Shown here: piece by piece, positions 50,515-62,789 of the stretch
Layout: each line of letters opens with the position of its first letter
Numbering within the stretch: the first letter of the stretch is position 1
Source of the DNA: Camelus ferus
Lineage: Eukaryota
Assembly: GCF_009834535.1 (NCBI RefSeq)
Contig: NC_045697.1
Span: 117,802,001-117,866,000, forward strand
Length of the DNA: 64,000 nucleotides
Reading direction: 5' to 3'
Program-made: the position numbers and the translations under genes
The notes under the pieces: generated by a model
Databases searched by the model: none
What the model was told of the DNA's origin: nothing
Seen by the model: the letters and a program-made list of their open reading frames with translations, nothing else

Positions 50515-51312
50515 CCAGTAATCACAAATGTTAGTATCCTTAGGAATTTGATCTTAAGTGAGCAATTTCTCAAAGGAAGCAGTTTCCATGGAGTGCTACT
50601 CCGGGACTCTGTTTTATTTCAGATGGTACCATTTAATCTCTATCAAATGGTTGCATCTTAGCTTTTTGCACTTCTTCCTGAAAAGCTGCTAGAGGACCTG
50701 TGTTAATTTGAAACAAAAGCAAGCAAAAACAGTTTTTACCAATAGCAAACGAGTTTCCAGGAAGAAGATACTAATTCTGCCGAAATCTAAGAAGCCATTC
50801 ACCGAACAGCGTATGGACTGCAGAAAAAACTCAGCAAGCAAGAGTCAGCTCACCATTTGGAACTTTTAAAAATATAATTCATGAGCAAGATATTAGGGGA
50901 TAATGATGACTATCTCACAGGGTTGTTAAAAATAGTAAATAGCTAGTGGATAAGGAAACATCTGGTCAGTGACCTGCAATTTTGAGTGGCTCGTCTATAA
51001 ATGTGAGTTGAGTAGATGAGCGAGATTTGGAAAGAATGAGGCATCAAGGGAACACAGCCTACAAATAATGCTCTTTCTTTTATTTTTTTTTCTATGCCAG
51101 CCAAGACCCTCTCCCTTATAGATTCGTACAAATGACCACAAAGAAAAGTTCATTTGACTGACTCAGATAGGAATTATTACAGGCTTTTTGTGTCTTTTCA
51201 ATCATTCAAATTATTTTTACTTCCAAAATCTGCCATTGAAGATTCTGAACCACCTAGATTGGGATTTGAGGTCACCAAAAGACTCAATTTTACTATCTCT
51301 GTCTACTGGCAG

Positions 51313-51373
51313 GGAGGAACTATTCTCAAGCATCTGGACTGGCATAGAAAAGAGGAGAAAGAACATTTAAAAG
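51313..51373 (+). other. PDGFC: Candidate 61-nt alternative (poison) cassette exon of PDGFC
   Basis: Acceptor tttactatctctgtctactggcag|G, donor AAG|gtaagc, purine-rich enhancer-like core AGAAAAGAGGAGAAAGAA, and an in-frame TAG at 51345-51347 when entered in phase 1. Confidence 0.6.
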
Positions 51374-54300
51374 GTAAGCGAAACATGTGTTTTTATTTAC
51401 TCTACATTTTTAGCCTGTTCTCCCACACTCTAAGATAATCTCACATGATTAAGGTTTGTCCAGTGAACCCTAGTAAAGAAGAGAACGTTTTAGGTGGACT
51501 GACACTCTTTGCTGATTCTTCAACAGGAACAAGTGTAGGCTTGAATACCCTCCTTTCTTAGTGGGACTCTTTTCTGTCCTTGTGCTTCTAAGTTTCCGCC
51601 TAGCTTGCCAGTGTTCCAGTACTGTTGTCATATTCCTCATGGTCTTCAGACTGCAGTGTGCTTGCTGAAACGCCTCTGGTCTCATTTCTGTATTGTCTGA
51701 TAAGTCAAAGATCTGGCATATTATTTGGACTGTTACGGAGTAGCGAGGGGCTAGAAGTATGTTTTGCAAAGTGTAATTGATTATTCTGGTGTTTTTAGAC
51801 TTTTTTTCCCCTCTTTCACATCTATTTATTTTCTTTGGAGGAAAATACTGAATAAAAGGACCTTGTTAATTACTGAGTAAAAGGCTTACTACATATTTAT
51901 ATCAGGTTTTGTGAGTTTTGTTTGTTGGTTTGGTTTGATGTTTTGCTTGCCCATCATGGATCCTTTGTTTGGGTTGACTTTTCACAGGATTACCACAGGG
52001 CGATCAGATTTTAAAGCCTGACCACTAGTTGTTATAAAATAAGTATTTTGATGGTGTGTGTGGTGGTGCTGGAATAGATCTCTGGAAATTTAAATCGTGT
52101 CGTTTAAATGGTTAGTTGTTCTTAGGGCTTCTGTTAGGCATAGCTTTCTTAAAAACCTGTTATCTCAGCTTGAGAATATAACCGCCACGTTATTAGTATT
52201 ACTACACTTGCTGTAATTGAATTAAATATAATTGGTACTTCCTCCTCTGTGAGTTTTCTCGGCTTGTCCTTGCCCCCTGGGCTTGCATTTCTGCATCTTT
52301 GCTCCATACTTTGGACAATGTTCCATTTTTTTCAGGACAGGAATGGATGCACTTACAGGGAACATGGGTGGAGAGTCTCCAACTTCAAACTTGGACTGTA
52401 CGGCCATGAGTTTTCAAGGAAATACTCTGTTCAGACAGGTGTGTTCTCGTGATGGGAGGCCACGGATGCAGCAGGTCCCTTTGCTGGCCGGGGGATTAAA
52501 CTCACATTGACAGTGCAAATACCATAAAGAAGGATTCTTAAATCTTGTGGCATCTGACAACGTCCCATCTGCCAGATGTGTCCTCAAAGTCTTCCTAGGG
52601 GTCAGAAGAGAGGGGAGTAGATATTTTTGGATAATGTTGAAGGAACTAGTGCTAATGAGGTGTTAGAGAATCATGTCTCCTCACAAATGGAACTTCTTTC
52701 TGGTGGACTTGGTCAAGTCCAGTCCAGTCCCTATTTTGAATTTTTACTAAAAATTCAAAGACTTATCTTCTGGAATCTGTCCTGTCCTCTGTTTCAGCTC
52801 CTCTTTTTAGACCACTTACTTCTGGATCTTTGGTTTGTTTCTTAAACTACCATCCTAAGACTAGCTGTGGCTGAAGAATTCTGCTAATGGTTATATTCAA
52901 GACAGTTACACAATATCTTCATGTGTATGTTTATTTATTTTTTAATAATAGACCCACGGGATGATAAAATAAAGGAAGCTGACAGGAGATAGCTTGGCAT
53001 GCTTAGGTATTCTCAGGATCATGATGAAAACTGTGTTTGCTTTGAGAAATATAATTTAACTGATCTATTTTCCCACCAAAATTATGTGTTTTGTTACTAA
53101 TTTATGACTCTCATGTCTTTGAAAAGCCTCACGTTTATATTTTAATCGCATTTTAACTTCTCTTTAAGATTGACGAGGGTTGTTGAACGTGGAGTGTGGG
53201 GTGGGGAGGTGACGTTTGCGTGCAGGCAGAATGGTGTGGATATTCATGAGTGTTAAGTTGGTTTGAACTTAGCCTGTGAAAGGCAGTCCTGTCCAGTGTA
53301 AGTGTGCTGCATTTATTCCTGCTCTCTTGGTGTGGAATTACTCCAGAAACCAAAGATCTTGCTACACATATAACTGATAAATCTCAAATATTGCTTATGG
53401 AACTACAAACCCTTTATCAGTAATTGACAGCATTCCGAACATCAGATGGGAGGACATGATCTGTATAGAAGTGACCAAATTTATTATTTTGCCTGCCTTT
53501 GGATGTTACTCGTAAGAAATTCATAGGCTCATTACATATAAGTTATATGCATTCACCTTGGAACATAAAATCCTAAATATAAGTAGAGAATCTGACTTTT
53601 CAGTGTTAATGACTGCTAAATATAATAAGATGGAAATAAATGCATTCCTATTTGATCGTTTCTTAGGAATCATTTCCTTAGCCTAATGCAGACCTTACCC
53701 TAAAAGAGAATTTTAAATATTTTAAATATTCCCTGAGCTCATGAACGAATGGCCTTATTTGCCTTTTTTGACAGAGGAAGTTTGTATTTGATTACCTTTT
53801 CATGATTATTACTCTTGATGAAATTGCTGGTAAACTCCATCTGAATGTTATAAATTATATGTCCAGTACAGATAGAAAATTGACAGACGTGGGTCTCCAA
53901 ACAGACGAGGTTCTCTATTGAATACATCTTTTTCTTAAATAAGCATGTTTGTTTATAGGCTATACAATATGATTTTGTGCTTCGTCACGTTAGCCAGTTT
54001 TTGTCATAATATCTCATGTAAATGCATTTCGCTGCTTAAAACATTTCAGAGCTCCTAACTTTTAATGTAAACTTTCTACACTAAATAATAGTTTTAATTC
54101 AACAAGACAGTTGATTCAGTATTGAAAAATGAAATCACTATTGAACTTTTAAAGTGAATGTTTCTTTTGTAAAGCGAATTAATCCAAATTTATTTATCTC
54201 TGTTCATTCTGGTTTTGGCCTCCTTGTGGTATCTGAAGTAACACAACTTAACGCAGAATGAAAAATAATAGCATTGCCCAGACATGTTTCCCTGTAGTGG

Positions 54301-54644
54301 TGCATCTAATGTGTGGTAGGCAATTATATTCATTACTAATTGGTATGAATCAATCAAAAGCTTTAAGGAGATTCTGTGTATATATACTTGGCTTTTCATC
54401 CTGCAGGGTGATAGGTACAAAGATTATTGCTATTTGCCTCTCATAATTGAGCTTTCGTAATTTTAAAACATTATATCCTATTGTATACAACCAAAATAGG
54501 TGATTTTTACCATTACCTTAAGGCTCAAACACCATACAGTCAAATCGTTACTTTTTCTCTGTCTCACGCCTCAACACCAGAAGAATTTTGTAGATCTTCC
54601 TTGATGTGTCCTTTATGACTCAAAGTTAAGGTATTTAAGTGCAC

Positions 54645-54728
54645 AGACAGGGAACACCAGTGATAATCACACCAGGATAACAGGCCGGAACCACGGCCAC
54701 TCCTGGAAAACCTAAACACGTTCACTAT
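54645..54728. mobile_element. MER94/MER81-like hAT-Blackjack relic
   Basis: ataatcacaccaggataacaggccggaacc...cctggaaaacc resembles half of this MITE. Confidence 0.4.
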
Positions 54729-55307
54729 GCAGTGATTTTGGTTGCATTTATAAAAATCTTAACTCTCATTGGCTTCAATAGTAAAAGTGAGGCGCAGAGG
54801 TGGGCTGAGTTTGTTGTGTGGTTTGGGCTGGAATCTGGCTCCCAGGGGCTCTTCTACTGTGTATCTGTCTACCTCTGGGCACTGACTCTTCCATCAGACC
54901 GGATTCAACAGGACTGCTTATTGGATACGGCAGTTCTAAAGCTCATGTCTGCACCCAAAATGGTCCAATCCCCATTGAGAAAAAAATAAATAAATAAATG
55001 AATCATTGGATTCACTCTGACTGGCCCATTAGAGCCACCCATAGAGTGAGGGGGATGGACTCGTGTTGACTTTCCAGATGTATCTCTGGATTTTGTCAAA
55101 GTGGGTGTGCTTCACAGGGGGCGAGGGGAGCTGGGAGGGTGCTCACTGTGAAGACTCTCTCTGCACGTGAAAGGTCTGCTGTGAACGCCCTGGACACAGG
55201 GCCTCATTTCCTGCTGTTGCTCATAGTTAGATAGGAGGCCAATGGCTGAATTCTTTTACTTCTTATTAGACACAGAAGAATTCAAACCTTTTTAAAAAAG
55301 ATAGTGT

Positions 55308-55820
55308 TGTTACCGAGTCCAAACTCATTCTGCTCACTGCATGACAGGCCAGTAAATCAGGAGACAAGGCGTTGGGTCAAGGAATAGTGACTTTATTCAG
55401 AAAGCTGGCAGACCGAGAAGATAGGGGACTAATGTTCTGGAGAACCATCTTCCCCAAGTCAGAATTCAGGCTTCTTTTATACTAAAGGGGGGGGGGGCTG
55501 TGGTTGGTTGTACAAACTTTTTGGAATCCTTCATTCTTGCAGCTGTCCATGTATGTCAGGGCATGATGCCCCTGTAAAACCTCTAACAAAACAATCATCA
55601 TTTTCTGTTCTGCAACTTGTTATCTTTATATAAGTGCAAAAGTGTTAATATCCTTAAAGGTCAGAGCCTTGAGAATAAGCTCTTCTGTATATTTCAGGCT
55701 AAAGCAACAGTCTTTTACAAAAGGTGCAGAGCCAGCATGACTGAGCACAGGAAACAGAGCACAGGGTTAGAGCCAAGGAACAGAGCTAATGAGGAGTCAG
55801 ATTTGTTCTTTTCTGTTACA
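55308..55820 (-). mobile_element. ERV1-class solo LTR, copy 3 (513 bp)
   Basis: tgttacc...tgttaca termini; perfect 4-bp TSD gtgt; minus-strand TATAAAA at 55475-55481 and AATAAA at 55392-55397. Confidence 0.92.
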
Positions 55821-58800
55821 GTGTCAGGCTAATGAAATGACAACATTTCTTCAAAGTTATCTTTTTCCCCTCCTTCTTCAGTCAGCGTGTAGGAGGGAAT
55901 CAGAAATTGGCCATATCTGCCAAAAAATGACAGCTTCTTGCTTAATCAGTTTGATCCTTGTGAAAGTTGGATTCCGTATTCGTGTTGAACAATTCTGATT
56001 ATCTTCCCTAGCAATCTCCTGTCAGAAAAACTTGGTACCTGATAATCACTTTTCTTCCTCACTGTATTTGAACTAGACAGAATATGATGACCAAAGTGTC
56101 TCCTTCATGTAATACTGATTTGTAATTATCAAGGTAGTTAATTTATACAAATACCACTTCATTTGAACTTTAAAACAGCCTCTGGTTATCTTTAATTTAT
56201 TTCAAAAAAAAAAAAACCCTGATATCAAGTGTCTTGCCTAAAATCACAGGTTTTATCAGCACTGATTCATATTTCAGAGTTAAAATAATGACAATAATTG
56301 TGGCATTCTCAGTCTGGTAAAATTATAGAACATGTTTTATTTAAAAATAAGTTACTATGTTTAGAAAATGGCAAATCTCAGTAATGAGTAATCTGAAACC
56401 TGTCACCTTCAGCTAAAAAATATATGTATACATATGTAGATGAACATACACATATTTTACTCAAAGTTCATCTCTTATAATCATAGGTTGCATGACCTTT
56501 GAGTAAAATATCAATTTGAATTAAGGGACTTTAGCTGGAGAAGAATATGCATTGTAAAAGCTGCTTATTCTTATAAGTACAGTCTGAGGAAGCTTAGGAA
56601 TGAAAGATGGAATGTTGAAATCATATGTGAAACTGGGTTTTTTTTTTTTTTGCCGTGTTCTACTATAGCAAGTTTCTTTACAGCACCAGTGTATACTAGG
56701 CAGTGCCAGGTGCCAGGTGCCAGGTACAAAGCGAGGTACAGGTGTGGACATGAAAATCCGTCTTCCCCAGAAGTTTTTCTGCCTCACTAGAAGGTCAGAG
56801 TGCGGTGGGAAAGAGAGAGAGGTCAGCTCATACGTGATGATTAGAATGTGCACAATGAGGATGAAGGATTACATCCCCAAAAAGGGCTCTTCTGACGTGG
56901 GTTTTGATAATTGAATATGCTTACTAGTATACGTAGTCTAGAAATGATCCTAAATCAGAGTCCCAGAAGCTGTCCCATTAAGAGGACAAGGCATTGTTTT
57001 GTTTCTGGTGTCCCAAGCCCTCCGTGCAGAGAATGAACCTTAATGGGTTCTCAATGTATGATTTCTGACTGCTCGCCCCCTTGAGGAGTAAAATGATTAA
57101 CAACGTTCTGGAATAAATTCAAGATCCTCAGTTGGGCATATTTTAAACTGTTATATTTGTTTTTTATGGCTTACTTAATCTGGCAATCTCTTATTTTTCC
57201 TCAGCGAACATTTATTCTTGTAATTTGTAAAAGGTGTGCGGTAGACATCACTAACTTTTTTGATTGTCTTTGTTTTAATTTGCCATTGTTTTAAAGGTAT
57301 GGGAAATGGTAGATTGAGCCAATGATGAAACCAAAACTAGAGTCTGAGTTTTCTGTCTAGCATATTATTGTACTTTTATATTCGTCGTCAGAATTTAGAA
57401 TATTAAGCACGAAAATGGGGTACTTGTATATAGTTTGGAATGTATATAGAGTGACTTGTTCGCATGTGGAATTCAAGTATGCCTTTTCTCTACAAAATCA
57501 GAAAAAGATTAGGTGAGATTACTCTGGATTTTCTAGGCAAAAAGGTGCCAATTTATGGAGCCAGAGCAACTAGCCATATATACATATAATATATAGGTAT
57601 GCAAATGTATATATGTGTGTGTATGTATATATATGTCATATGAGTTTAATCAACTTTTGTTAAAAGTGAAATTGTTAATGGACAGTTAATGAGATTGAAA
57701 ATAGAAATAGCCATATAAAAACTAGCAAGATTAAGATAAAGAAATACTATCACAGACCAAAAAAAAAAAAAAAAAAGTGGTGAGCAGAGCAAATTCTACC
57801 TTGCCCAGAAAATTCTTTTTTGATGTTATCTTTTTAAATAATACAACTTCTTCAATCATTACATTTTTATTGCTTTTTATGATTCTCTTATCCCTGCCCT
57901 CTCTCATTCATAATAAAGGCACCTGAAAGGGACCGACAGTATGAAATGCAGGGCAAATATCGCGAAATCGCTCTGATTTTAATGATACGCTTACTGACTA
58001 CGTACAGATGTGTGATGTCTCTTTGTTCCGAATTGTGTGTGTCTGTGCACAGGTGACAGTTTTGCAGTATTTACATTGTTAATCTTACATGCTTTCCTTT
58101 TCTGTTTTTGTTTCACGTTAGTTTTCAATGCTTTTGCCTTAAGGAGGGTTGAGCAGGATAATAATGATATGGTGTATAATGTTAATTTTTAAAAATTTAG
58201 TGTTTATGTGCATTTTCATTTTTCATGGCTAATCTGATTATCTAGATAAAACAAGACTTAGTCCCGTTTAGGGGACATTTGCAAGGAGCGTGTCGTAGAT
58301 AATGATTTGGCTACAAGCACTTGGTTTATTGCATTGGCACTTTCTCTGAGCGTGCTGTCCATTGGACACAGGAAAAGCAAACGTTCCATAAAGTAGTCAC
58401 AAAATCTATACTTGCCTCATTCCTAAAACCCCAGTAAAGCTGTATGTTTGAAAAGATGATTTTTTTAAACAACCAAACTATAAATGCAGAGTCTTAACTT
58501 GGTAGAACCTAGTCTAGTGTTTGTTGTTTCTTCTTCTTCTTCTTTTTTTTGATTAAAGGCCTGGTTGTTTGAGATTTACATAAAATGTTGACAGTCGTGT
58601 GCAAATCATATGTATTCGGTGCAAACCTCACTGTATTCTGAGATGATCTGAGGGAGCAGCAATTTAACTTAAAAGGACATTTACAATTCTTTTACCACAA
58701 TTAAGGCCTAGCTTTTCAGTCTTTAAATTATGTTCAATTATAGTTTAATGGAATTGTGAACTATAAAGGAAAAAAAGATGCAAACTCAATTTAAGTATAT

Positions 58801-59692
58801 ACATTTTAGCCATGAGTGTTTTTGACTGGAGTTATAAAAATAGACTTCAGGTCTTTCAGTGGCAATGTAGTGTTCTAGACTCCATATGAGAGAATAAACA
58901 CTACTGTATTTGTAAAGAGGGCCTTGAATGATATAAGGCACTCTTTTTTTTTCTTTTTGAGACCGAATGGGGCAAATAGTAAATTTTAATAGATCTGACT
59001 GAAAAAAAATAATTCATTTAAAAATGCTAGTTGCCAAAATGAGAAGGACTCTTGATATAAACTAGTGCTTTAAAACTCCTCTGAAATATGTAGATTATTG
59101 TATTACTATTTACAGAGTGGGGAAATGTCTCATTTTTAAAAGAATTCTTTGAAAACTGACAATATATTAATTTAGTTTTAGGAGTAAATTATCATTGTTT
59201 TCTTAAAAAAATTTGTCAGTATAGAGGAGAATTCATTTAACTGTGTTCTTAGGAGATAGGTCATGGTGATAAATGATGTGCATAGGAGAAATATTGATCA
59301 TCTCATATTTGGCAGTATTGCCTATGGCTGTATTGAACAATAGTACCCAATAAGAGGGAGCCTGCTTCTGCTCAGGTTACTTATTGTTGGGGACAAGATT
59401 AGGCACTGGGAGGAGCGCATCTGAAATTAAACTATTTAATTTAAAAATTTCATGGTGCTTAAAGCATATTTACCACTATGATGATACTCCACATAATATG
59501 CACTGAATATATTTAAAGGAAATTACGTTTGTCTTTATCTTGTCTTCCTAATTAAAAGTTTCACACTGTAAAATAACACCTACCAGACTCATTGCTGAAA
59601 CAGCCATTTAAGAGAACAAAAAATTTGCTTTAAGAATTATAACTACAACTTGTTAAAATCATGTTGGGCATTTTAACAATAAAACAGATATT

Positions 59693-59964
59693 TTTATTTT
59701 ATTTTATTTTATTTTATTTTATTTTATTTCATTTCATTTTATTTTATTTTATTTTATTTTTTTGCTTTTTTAAAATTGAAGTGTAGTTGATTTACAGTGT
59801 TAGTTTCAGGTGTACAGCAAAGTGATTCAGTTATACATAGACATACATGTGTACATTTTCAGTTTCTTTTCCATTACAGCTCATTACAAGAAATTGAATG
59901 TAATTCCCTGTGCCGTACAGGAGGTCCTTGTTGTTTTTCTATTTTATATGTAGTAATGTATATC
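59693..59964 (-). mobile_element. L1 3' fragment with (TTTTA)n-converted tail and TSD
   Basis: (TTTTA)n at 59693-59760, L1 3'UTR, and a perfect TSD aaaacagatatt (59681-59692 / 59965-59976). Confidence 0.92.
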
Positions 59965-60199
59965 AAAACAGATATTCTTTAACCCTAATCGTATTCTAAC
60001 TAATGAATGACCCTTGACATTGTGTTTTCAATTCAGAGTTTCTTAGAGCAGTGTTCTTAAATTGGATTCTATCCCTATGAAATAGGTATTTTGAGTCACA
60101 TAAATACTAAGTGAAATGTCATCACCATTACCATCACCGTAACTGCTGTTGAAGACTGGGGGCAAGCAGTCCAAATAGCTTTGTGCATAGTGTAAGATG

Positions 60200-60750
60200 T
60201 GCCAGTCCTCTCCTGTTATTTAAGAAAGGACCACTAACCAGCAGCATCAAACACGCCTTGCTTGCTCGCAGCTCTGGGGTTCAGGAGTCCAGGCACTGGC
60301 CTGGGCCACTGGGCTTCTGCTCAGTATCTACAAGACTGAAACCATGGTGCCATCTAGCCTTGAGTCCTTTCTGGAGGCTGCTGAAGAGTCTGCTTCCAAG
60401 TCACGGATGTCTCTTGTGGCCTCGGGATGGAGTCCCCGCCTTCCTGCTAGCACTCAGCTCCCACACCTTCGGCACCTGGCTGCTTCTCTTTTCAAGGCCA
60501 AAAAAACACAGCCTTTCCCTCCTGTTGAGTCTCTCTCCCACTGTGAATTTGTGAGTTTAGGAGGAACCCAACTTCCATTATGGGCTCACCTGTTAGGCGA
60601 GGCCCACCCTGCAGTCTAGCTTTTGATTAAGTCAGAGTTAACACACCTGATCAGGGGAGTTACAGCCCATCCTCACAGCTCCTGCCCTCTCTGGGCAGGG
60701 GTCATACACACGTGAGGGACATCAGGGTCACTTAGAGTCTGCCTTCCAGA
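60200..60750 (-). mobile_element. MLT1E/F-like MaLR LTR
   Basis: ctcgcagctctggggttcaggagtccaggcac...ctgcttccaag...aggcccaccc...cttagagtctgccttcca. Confidence 0.65.
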
Positions 60751-60845
60751 GTGGGAAGTGAGATTTTCAGTGTGAAATCAGAGTTTAAAGTAATGAGTAG
60801 GGAAATTGGGCACTAGGGAATTCTTTGGTTAAAAGGCAGTTATGT

Positions 60846-61050
60846 TGGACAGATACACAGTACTATGTATAAAAGAGATAAACAACAAGGACTTACTGTA
60901 TGGCCCAGGAGCTATATTCTGTGTCTTGTAATAACCTATAATGGAAAAGAATCTAAAAAAGTATATATATAAATATATAATAATTGAATCCCTTAGCTGT
61001 ACACCTGAAACTAACACAACATTGTAAATCAGCTACACTTTAATAAAAAG
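60846..61050 (+). mobile_element. L1 3'UTR fragment
   Basis: cagatacacagtactatgtataaaagagataaacaacaagg...gtaaatcagctacactttaataaaaa. Confidence 0.85.
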
Positions 61051-62200
61051 TGAGGGGGGATTAGGGTGTGGGAGTGAAAGCATTAAAGAGGAAAAGGCAG
61101 AAAAATATAATAGAAAAAAGAAGAGAGAAGAAAAATGTACTTTAGTATAAAATGTCATATGACTGAAGAGGCCTTAGACAAGTCTTTATTACACAGTTTG
61201 ATGGGACATGCCTGAAAGGAGAAAATAAAATGAGAAACCTGTCATATTTCTGGAAGTAACTATGTGTTTATTGAGACTGGATGTTGGGAGAAGGACAAAT
61301 AAAGGAAAAAGTGGTGTTTATAATATAATATAAAACAATACTCTTTATCTCTCTGTAATTACTGCAAATACAACGTCCACTATCATAAAGTGTATCTCTA
61401 AATCATGACAACCAAAGAGGTACTCGTAGAATTTAAAATTGTTGTCCCAACATTACAAGTATATGAAAGTTGCACCAAAAAAAAGGCCCCATTGGGAATT
61501 ATACCGTGCACCTGTCTTCAACGTCTGGTTTAGGACTTTTAAATTGTTTTAGAGATTGAGTAAAAGATTGTTTAAAACTTTTTTTAAATGGAATTTAGCA
61601 TACTTAAATGGATTGGATTTTCATGGCCTGAGAGAGTGTAACTCTCTTACTTCTTGGATTTTCTTTGTGCAGATAAAAAGCTGCTCATTTTCCATGTTTT
61701 GTCTCATTAACTCTTAAGTGGCTGGATATATGAACACTTTTCTTTCAACAATACCAATTCACCCTTCCCCTCATCTCTCCCCAACAATCTAATCAAAAGA
61801 GAGAGATCATTAACATGAAGTTGTTAACAATGTAGTTTAGCATTTTGCAGAGCAGAAGGTTGCCGTGTCTAATAAACTTGGAAGCTATTTTATACTGTAG
61901 TCTCCTCTTAGAAATTTAAAATTCATTTGAGCTTTTTAAAGTCACTGAGAAGTCCTGCAGCATTTCTTATAATTTAGTATCTTCACAGAGTGCTGATAGT
62001 TCCCTTACAACAAGGAATTGAGACCATTATTTTGATCCCATTTCTTTTTTCAAGGTCATTTAAAGGTTGGGATCATCTGGTAATTATGGTTCATATGAAA
62101 CTTGGGGCTTGTATTGGATAACTTTTTTCAGAAGTTAGTTTGAAACCCATAATTTTTAAAATGTCTAAGTGTGTGTTCATGCCTGTGTTTTTACTTTTAG

Positions 62201-62396
62201 GAGTACAAGATCCCCAGCATGAGCGAATTATTACTGTGTCTACTAATGGAAGTATTCACAGTCCGAGGTTCCCTCATACTTACCCGAGAAATATGGTCTT
62301 GGTGTGGAGATTAGTAGCAGTAGAGGAAAATGTGTGGATACAGCTCACATTTGATGAAAGATTTGGGCTCGAAGACCCAGAAGATGACATATGCAA
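62201..62396 (+). CDS. PDGFC: Platelet-derived growth factor C, internal coding exon 2 (N-terminal part of CUB domain), 196 nt, phase 1 in / phase 2 out
   Basis: Translation (G)VQDPQHERIITVSTNGSIHSPRFPHTYPRNMVLVWRLVAVEENVWIQLTFDERFGLEDPEDDICK is recognisably PDGF-C. Acceptor ttttactttttag-type tract ends at 62200 and donor gtaagt starts at 62397. Confidence 0.97.
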
Positions 62397-62633
62397 GTAA
62401 GTTATCACACTCGAAATGCCCGCAGAGTGTAACAACTCTTACAGTCTTTCCAGTTGCTTCACTTTGATGATGTGATTTTCAATGCCATCTTTTGTTCTGT
62501 TATATTTTTCTGATGAGCCAAGAAATTTACAGCCTTGTTTATGGTATGTTTCTGTCTACTTCCGAAAATAATTTGAGGTGATGTGTGGTCAAAAATACAT
62601 ATAGAGTAAAACAATTTAAAATAAGGAATAGAG

Positions 62634-62789
62634 GGGGGAGGGTATAGCTCAGTGGTAGAGTGTCTGCTTAGCATAGCATGCACGAGGTTCAATCCCCAGT
62701 ACCTCCATTAAAATATACATGTAAATAAATAAACCTAATTACCTCCCCCCCAAAGAAAAAGTCAAAATAAGTAAATTAATTAATTAAAA
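62634..62789 (+). mobile_element. tRNA-derived camelid SINE (Vic-1-like), full length with perfect TSD
   Basis: A-box tagctcagtgg, B-box gttcaatcc, and a 16-bp TSD aaaataaggaatagag (62618-62633 / 62790-62805) at a tt|aaaa L1 endonuclease site. Confidence 0.93.

Larger units (their letters stand above)
1..62200 (+). other. PDGFC: PDGFC intron 1 (3' portion; exon 1 lies upstream of the window)
   Basis: No signal-peptide exon 1 or CpG-island promoter is seen upstream of exon 2 in the window. PDGFC is known to have a very large first intron. Confidence 0.85.

Noticed and set aside
37925..51373. Co-inclusion of the 38-nt and 61-nt exons restoring frame (99 nt)
   Set aside because: The 38-nt exon has an in-frame TGA, so no full-length insertion isoform results.
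51154..51438. 94-aa ORF overlapping the candidate cassette exon, as an alternative coding first exon
   Set aside because: The track start is TTG and there is no in-frame ATG before the donor at 51373.
56703..56725. (GTGCCAG)x3 short tandem repeat
   Set aside because: A simple slippage expansion, apparently within an L2 relic.
62140..62200. N-terminal extension MKPIIFKMSKCVFMPVFLLL of the PDGFC ORF
   Set aside because: This is read-through of the intron's acceptor and polypyrimidine region; similarity to PDGF-C starts at the splice acceptor.
62634..62705. tRNA genes at SINE heads (also 3640-3714, 32376-32450, 36595-36660, 46780-46851)
   Set aside because: They carry the shared SINE body, A-rich tails and often TSDs, so they are retroposed SINEs rather than tRNAs.
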